A DNA stretch of 64,000 bases from Massalongia carnosa (lineage: Eukaryota): positions 1,798,001 to 1,862,000 of the forward strand of contig OZ287079.1 in assembly GCA_965645245.1 (NCBI GenBank), written 5' to 3'. The translations under genes and the position numbers were made by a program. Below are positions 57,401 to 64,000 of the stretch, piece by piece. Under the pieces are notes generated by a model that saw only the letters and a list, made by a program, of their open reading frames with translations, was not told the origin of the DNA and made no database searches. The number at the start of each line of letters is the position of its first letter. Position 1 is the first letter of the stretch.

Positions 57401-58152
57401 TGGTATACTTTGAGAACGAATTAGACTGCAATGCCATTTTGGCCTCGCAGCTATATTTGGATGGGAGATCTTTCGCGGTGGAAAGACATGTTCCGGAGGC
57501 CAGGCTTAGGCAATGTTTCCGGTGCGGTAAGTATGGTCACACGAGCCATGCTTGCCGACAGAAGCATCAAACATGCTTCAAATGTTCCGAAAGTCACCAC
57601 ATGACCGATTGCAAATCGGTCACTCTCAAATGCAATGCGTGTGGCAAGGAGGGCCACGGGGCAAGCGCAGAGTCTTGCCCGGAGCGAAAGAAGGAAAAGG
57701 CCCGAATGAAGCGGGCCAAAGAAGAAGCTCTCCCCTTCTGGCCTCTTAGGGCCTCCTCAAGGGAGACCCTAAATGGTCAGGAACAAGAACGGAGCAGTCC
57801 GCCGGCATCGACCACGCCGACGGTCACGACAAGCGGTGAGGTGACCCCAGCCTCAACCCAGGTGGAACAGGGCCCTCGAACGGGCTCTGTACGAGAGAAA
57901 GATTGGCAAACCGTGCCAACTCTCCGCAAGGGGAAGAAGCGGGCGCATGGGGAGGTAGAGCCCATGGCAGACAACCCCAGTTCTACCAACAGGAGCATGG
58001 CACAAGCAGCTTCTAAGAAGGGAAAGAAGAAACCCTCCTCGAAGGCTGTGGAGGTCTTGAGCGATAAGGAGAACGACGATAGTTCTTCAATGACCACCAG
58101 ATCGGCAACCCGTCGCTTGCAGCCCAGTACTCAGACAGAAGAGGAACTATGA
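54429..58152 (+). pseudogene. LINE ORF1 (gag-like), split by the Tigger-like transposon
   Basis: Removing 55113-57147 rejoins GDLHVI-VNNASD in frame; CFRCGKYGHTSHAC, CFKCSESHHMTDC, CNACGKEGH. Confidence 0.88.
55113..57145 (-). mobile_element. pogo/Tigger-like DNA transposon (CENP-B HTH + DDE_1)
   Basis: 23-bp TIR CAGTGCACCCTGGCTATAACGAT; TA TSD; transposase 56963-55213 (FNMDETGLF, IDGFSAH, QPLDQGII) with one TGA at 56343 and a predicted intron 55971-56023. Confidence 0.92.
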
Positions 58153-60554
58153 GTGAATACACCCACTATCTGTCCATACTTCAGTACAACTGCAACAAAT
58201 CCAAGAACACTGTCATGGCGGACTTCCTTCGGAGGGAGGAAACCATGAAATACGGCATCCTGGCCATCCAGGAACCCTGGGCGGGGAACCCCTATCAACA
58301 CACCACGCACAATCCGGTCAAAAATGTTTTTCACCTTCTCTATCCCCCCGAAACAGGAGAACAAGAGCTCCCTCCGAGAGTATGCATGTTCGTCAACAAA
58401 GACATAGCAAGCGCCTCTTGGAAGGTGGCCATCCACGCAGCCTGGCTTAACAACGAAGTGGCCACAGTGCTCATGCTGGACATCTCGGGTGCTTACGATA
58501 ACGTATCCCACGAAAGACTACTGCACAACCTACGGAAGAGAAGAATAGGCGGCAACATAGCTAAATGGATCGAAAGCTTCCTTCAGGAAAGGAAAACGAC
58601 CATCGCTATGCCCGAATACACCTCGCAACCATTCACCACGAACTTTGGAGTCCCTCAGGGATCCCCTATATCTCCTATTCTTTATCTCTTCTACAACGCC
58701 GACCTTATGGAAGAGGAAGGGCCCAAAAAGATGAACTTGGGCTATGTCGATGACATATCCAAACTAATTATTGGAACTTCAGCAGAACAGAACTGTAGAA
58801 ATCTCGAAGCCTCGTTCATGACGAGGGAGCAGAAATGGGCGGACACACACGCCTCCAAATTTGCCCCCGCCAAATTCCAGCTCTTGCACTTTATCAAAGG
58901 ACCCTCAGAGACGGATTTGAACCCCCCGGAGAGAGCTATCTCCCTAGCGGGCAAAACCATCAAGCCACAGCATACCGCCACCTACCTGGGCGCCACATTC
59001 GACGACAAGCTCAAATGGCACGCCCATTTAAGGAAACTGGAAGCTAAAACCTCAAAGAGACTGGGGGCCCTAGGCAGCCTTGCGGGCTCCACATGGGGCA
59101 CCAGTCTTGCGAGCCTTCGAAGGATCTATCAAGCCACCATACTACCGCAACTCACCTTTGGATGCTCTGCATGGTATGTTCCCGAGGGCGGATACGGGAC
59201 TATCACGCAAGCAACCGCCGTGCTCAAAGCCGTCAGATCTATTCAGCGACGGGCGGCACTGATCATTTCAGGGGCATTTAGAACAACCTCGGGCCCGGCC
59301 TTGGATATGGAGCTTCACCTCTTGCCTGGCCGGCAACGCATGGAGCAGGCAGTGAACGAGTCACTACTGCGCATACGTTCAAGCCCCCTTTACGCCATAA
59401 TACGTGAGATCCGCGCCTGGACAAGCCAAGCGGACTCCCACTATCGATACTGGAGCCCTCTAGCTAAGCTAGAGTCCCGCTTAATGACTTCGGGGAAATG
59501 CCCTCAACCCTGGCGGTTAGAGGTCATTCTTCCATTCATAGTGGAACCATGGTGGTCTCCCCCCGAAACGCACATTGCTTCCAGTAAAGAGGAAGCAATC
59601 AAAGAGCATGACAAGATGACATCAGAGCCGAACCAAATAGTCATATACACGGATGGGAGTGATAACCCCTTCGGAGTTGGTGCGGCAGCGGTCATCCCCA
59701 GCGACAACACACGGGTAGGAATCCGCCTCGGAACGAACAAAGAAGCCACAGTTTACCTCGCGGAACTAGTGGGCATCGACCTGGGACTGGCGGCGGCTAT
59801 TGAACGATGGCAAGGGGAGATAATAACGGTTTTTGCAGATAATCAATCAGCCATCAAATCAGTAGCCGACCCCGGAACTCAATCAGGTCAGTTCATACTA
59901 CGCGAGATCATTGGAAAACTCCACGCATGCCGGGAGATGCAGGCCAGAGTCAGACTCTGCTGGATACCTGGGCATATGGGAGTAGAAGGCAACAAGATAG
60001 CAGACCAAGCAGCAAAAGAAGCATCAGGCTGGTTAGAACCTGGCCAGAGTCCCTCCATCACCCACTTCGACTTCCTCGGACACACAGTGAAGTCGGCGAT
60101 AAAACGCAACATGAGGAAAATGATCAGCAAAGAATGGGCTGGGGATTGGGAGGCAGAAAAACGCGGACAGATGACGAAAAAGCTCCTCCCCCAGCCCACT
60201 AACAAGGTCTTGCAGCTCTACCAGGGGGTTCACAAGTCAATGAGTTCCACCCTGGTGCAGATGAGAACAGGTAAGATTGGTCTACGCAAGTATCTCTCAG
60301 ATATAGGCCGCACCGAAACGGGCGAATGCCCATGCGGCTTCGGTTATCAAACAGTTCACCATGTGCTTCTGGAGTGCGTCAGGCACCATCGATTGCGCAT
60401 GGAGACTATCTGGATAGGCCGGAAGGTGTTCGATCTCCAAGAAATTTTTAGCAGCCCCAGACTGGCCAAGGCAGCATCCAAATTCATGCTATCCTCACGT
60501 CTCCTCGGCCAATTTGGAGACGTGAGGATAGCAACCGAACAATCCACGAGTTAA
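58149..60554 (+). CDS. LINE ORF2 (partial APE, RT, RNase H, CCHC), in-frame internal deletion, 801 aa
   Basis: ILQYNCNK / ILAIQEPW APE start fused near 58430 to IHAAW...LDISGAYD; GVPQGSPISP, YVDD; YTDGS...WIPGHMGVEGN; CPCG...HVLLEC. Confidence 0.88.
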   Translation: MSEYTHYLSILQYNCNKSKNTVMADFLRREETMKYGILAIQEPWAGNPYQHTTHNPVKNVFHLLYPPETGEQELPPRVCMFVNKDIASASWKVAIHAAWLNNEVATVLMLDISGAYDNVSHERLLHNLRKRRIGGNIAKWIESFLQERKTTIAMPEYTSQPFTTNFGVPQGSPISPILYLFYNADLMEEEGPKKMNLGYVDDISKLIIGTSAEQNCRNLEASFMTREQKWADTHASKFAPAKFQLLHFIKGPSETDLNPPERAISLAGKTIKPQHTATYLGATFDDKLKWHAHLRKLEAKTSKRLGALGSLAGSTWGTSLASLRRIYQATILPQLTFGCSAWYVPEGGYGTITQATAVLKAVRSIQRRAALIISGAFRTTSGPALDMELHLLPGRQRMEQAVNESLLRIRSSPLYAIIREIRAWTSQADSHYRYWSPLAKLESRLMTSGKCPQPWRLEVILPFIVEPWWSPPETHIASSKEEAIKEHDKMTSEPNQIVIYTDGSDNPFGVGAAAVIPSDNTRVGIRLGTNKEATVYLAELVGIDLGLAAAIERWQGEIITVFADNQSAIKSVADPGTQSGQFILREIIGKLHACREMQARVRLCWIPGHMGVEGNKIADQAAKEASGWLEPGQSPSITHFDFLGHTVKSAIKRNMRKMISKEWAGDWEAEKRGQMTKKLLPQPTNKVLQLYQGVHKSMSSTLVQMRTGKIGLRKYLSDIGRTETGECPCGFGYQTVHHVLLECVRHHRLRMETIWIGRKVFDLQEIFSSPRLAKAASKFMLSSRLLGQFGDVRIATEQSTS

Positions 60555-62148
60555 CGGCAGGCCGGCTCTTGTTTTATCCCGCTCACAGAATAGTCTCTAC
60601 CATGGTAGGGCTTGTATGTATCAACACCAAGCACAGGGGCCCAGGAGGGTGGCGTTGGAGTTCTATTTATCGATTTGTCTCAAGCGGTTTGTCCCTCTGT
60701 TCGTGTCTTCTTTTCCCTCTTCCTTGCATTCGCAACCCCTCGTACAGCTAAAAGAGTTTTTGTATTTTTTGTACTTTCAACGCTTAGTGCAGCAATTCTG
60801 CCCTCAGCAGACTTAGATACCCATCCCCTGGGACACCCCCCGATGTAGTTTAGCACTCCCGCATAAGGGCCTTCGGCCCTTGGATCGGTGTATGAATCAA
60901 TCAATCAATCAATCAATCAATCAACGTGGAAGTCTCAAGGCCGCAATGATGAGGCTCTCTCACTGCTAAAGGAATGTTTTCAGCTACGAAGACACAAATT
61001 GGGTCCTCAACATCCTGATACAGAGTCTTCGCTTAAGTATCTCAATGAGTGGCAGATGGAGAGTTTATCATTGGAGTCTTAAAGCGATTCATATAATTCA
61101 GAACTAAATCCCACTACCCTTGAAACTTGATCTTCTGAGCGTTTGAGGAACAAAGCAGTGTAAGAATACTACTTTTTATTTTGTCCAAAGCTGAAAGTTT
61201 AGAACATGAATGACAGAATGATCGAGCTCGCTGACGCACGCGACTACCCCTAGGTTTTGAACTCGCCCGCGTTAGCAGAGAGGCCTGAACAATGTGCTCT
61301 AACTCTTCCAAATAACAATAAGTTGGCATAACCTTCTACCTTGAACATTCACCTCCGCGCCCTTGTCCAGCAACATCTCCACCACCATCTCGTTCTGCTG
61401 TTCAAATTAACGCTGTCCGCCCGTGCTGATCTTGTGCCTCCAGATCTACCAATTTAGCACCCATGATCATGCGCAGGATTACTTCGTGTTGAACGCTGCA
61501 AGCCAGTTGTCATTCATGACCGGCTGGTCTTCATATCATGATAAATCCCGTCATAGTAAAAGAAACCATAGTTAAAATTAATTATATTGTACTCAGCATA
61601 GTCTACGGGTCTTGACACATCTGCATTTTTCAACCCGAAAGTAGTATTTCGGAAATGGGCCGTCTGATGTTCAGAACCTGATGTTGTTGTATCTCGAGCA
61701 GCATTTGACTAGTTAGTCACGACACTCTTTGTTTGACAGGAAGAACTGATGCTGCTTCTCAATGATGCTTGGAGTTATGATTTTCTTGCATCTATTTGGA
61801 TAGCTTTGATAGTAAGAATCGCTGTTACTCTTAATTGAAATCAGCATTATGAATTAATCCGTTGTAGTTTTCTAGAATCTACAAACATCTTGAATCTTGA
61901 TATTTTGACTTTCGCTTGATCAGAACACCGCAGAACGGAAAGTATAGCAATTAGCATAGCGAGGAAGCGGTCGCCAATCATACTTTGAGATAAGATGAAA
62001 CTTCGTCATGTATCTTTAGCTCAAGAAGCAGTACGAAGTAACAACTGCATTTGAATATATTCTGAAAGTCTCTGTCAAGCGATCCGTCACTTATTTATTC
62101 TCGTCTTTTTCATTAGCTGCCTCTGATTTGGATTACTCCTATTGCGTC

Positions 62149-63697
62149 GAGTAGATTCGGGACAGACCCCATCTGGCAGACCCCTCGGAAAGTTCTACTG
62201 CTTATTAGGACTAGCTTAAGCCTCATCCTCACACTAAATTAATAGTCCATCTACTGTGTACTAATGCAACGTCCCCCCGCAAGCTTCATATACCCAGTCA
62301 CTTGCAACATTACTTATTGCTGTAGCCAATTCAAACATCACACGTATCTAGCCTCGGATTATTTGATGAGGGGTAATCATCCCATATACGCTGCGGGAGA
62401 GGGAGGGGCGGAGCCAGAAGAGGATAAGGAAGATGATAAGTAGGAGGTATGGGGGGAGGGTGAGGATGAGATGGAAGAGGAGGATGAGGAAGAGATGGAA
62501 GAGGAGGATGAGCAGGAGGTGAGAAGAAGGAAAGGCGAAGGGGGAGAGGTGAAGAAGGACGGTGATAGATATCGCCGCGGTGGAGTTGATATGATGCAAT
62601 CCGCAGCATTTGAGTCAACGGATTTGCACAAATCAATGGAAAATTCACATCGAGATGAGGAGTATGCTCGAGCATACGTAGCAAACAGCGCCAAATTCAA
62701 TCAACAGTGGCTGGAAAGGGAGTCGGCTAGATCCCTTATCCAAACAACTTTTCCTGATGAAATCCGACCGAAGGAAAACCTCAGGTGGAAAAAGGGAGGA
62801 AGTCGCCGCCGTGCTTACACTGGCCGCGAGGCAGCTGAGGCAGATGAGGCCAATCAGCGACGTGCTAGACGTAAGGACTCGATTGAACAAGGGAGAAGGC
62901 GACGGCATGATAAACTGCGTGAAAGCGATGAAAACGAGAGTGTGATTAGCGATGGTAAAAACCACGATATAAGCAAATCGACGCAGCACGGCTAACATAT
63001 GATGTAGTAGATTTGACTGAAGATGCGGTCATCGTCTCCGACGACGATGACCTGCATTATGTAGACACTCAGCCGATTCCCGATCCTTCTACGAGTCTCA
63101 CACTTCCTTTGAATGACAACGATGCATCTTCAACGTCTTCCGATTCGTTTGAAGATATTGATGAAGTGCTGGCGAAACATAGCCAAAAAGTCTCATCTCA
63201 AACGGCCCCGTCCCTTTATAGTCTTAGTCAAAACCTCCGCCTCAGTCAGTTGCTTCCTACTTCGTCTGCCACAACGCGAAGGTCTCGGGGTGTAGCCAAA
63301 AAATCAAAGGCTCTGTTGGAGTTGGAGTCTCAGCAAAGGGCTGAGCAAGCAGATAAACAGGCTAGGGCAGAGGCGAAGAAGCAGGCGGCAGCTATGAAGA
63401 TTGCTAGGACTATGAAGCCTAGAAAGGAGGATGTTTCGCAACTGATTGACGAGTTTTCAGAGTTGAGGTCATCGCAATGAGTTCTGTATAATAGTAATGA
63501 AATAGTAGAGTGTAATAGGTGTGACTTTTTCATACAGTCAATCTGGATATAGCGATCTTTTCGGCTTATCAGCTAGGTATATGAAGCATTAGTAGATGGA
63601 CTATTAATTTAGTGTGAGGGTGAGGCTTAAGCTAGTCCTAATAAGCAGTAGAACTTTCCGAGGGGTCTGCCAGTTGGGGTCTGTCCCGAATCTACTC
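62149..63697 (+). mobile_element. Non-autonomous TIR element, probably a Mutator-like deletion derivative
   Basis: ~107-bp near-perfect TIRs GAGTAGATTCGGGACAGACCCC...; internal charged ORF remnants 62471-63480; no TSD found. Confidence 0.7.
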
Positions 63698-64000
63698 GAG
63701 CTTCTCACGCGAATGCGATAGATGACGTCTTGGATGATCATGTCGGCTCAACATCAATCGGTCCTGATGCTTACTGTAATAATTCGCGTCGCAAGTTTAT
63801 ATACTCCGCGTTCTACCCGCTTCAAACATATCTCGTGAATTAGGATTAACAAAATGGAGGCCCACAAGCAGGAGATTATCGACAACGATTTGCTGAAGCT
63901 TGGGTTCCTTGGCGCGAAGTTGGTACCAAAGGGACACCCTTGCTCATGACCCAGTGATGGATGAGAATCTCAAGCGACAATACATAGAACGGACGATTAT

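Larger units (their letters stand above)
54266..60923 (+). mobile_element. Tad-clade LINE with RNase H; 5' end present, ORF2 internally deleted
   Basis: 13-bp TSD ACGTGGAAGTCTC (54253-54265 / 60924-60936); (ATCA)n tail; ORF1 with 3 zinc knuckles; ORF2. Confidence 0.93.
50927..61082 (+). pseudogene. Fungal NLR: short N-terminal motif, NB-ARC, TPR repeats; last exon split by a LINE
   Basis: Predicted exons 50927-51035, 51086-51118, 51185-51335, 51384-54265 plus 60937-61082; VPFRRDPDFVDR, P-loop GLGGVGKS across intron 3, Walker B LVLDNAD, PLAIVQAAAY, MHGLV. Confidence 0.88.

Overview
Eukaryotic window, most likely from a filamentous ascomycete (Fot1/pogo, Tad-clade LINE, chromoviral Gypsy, spliced NB-ARC-TPR gene). 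It is almost entirely a nest of transposable elements. Resolved with termini and/or TSDs: three chromoviral Gypsy copies, two Copia elements (one intact with identical LTRs), an Ngaro-type tyrosine-recombinase retrotransposon, a Tad-like LINE, Fot1 and Tigger-like pogo elements, four Tc1-type elements, a piggyBac-like relic, a MULE-like derivative and about 13 solo LTRs. Only two host-like genes are clear: an intact HNH-endonuclease ORF and an NLR (NB-ARC plus 12 near-identical 126-bp TPR repeats) with a short G/N/Q-rich putative amyloid signalling N-terminus, split by the LINE. The most unusual signals are: (1) a Tc1/IS630-type family with CACGCGGGGG TIRs and a 5-bp TSD instead of TA; (2) two unrelated LTRs joined end-to-end through a 4-nt spacer inside one TSD; (3) a YR retrotransposon with palindromic CTAGTTC ends, no visible split direct repeats and a structured 3' tail. 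All alignments and counts were done by eye.
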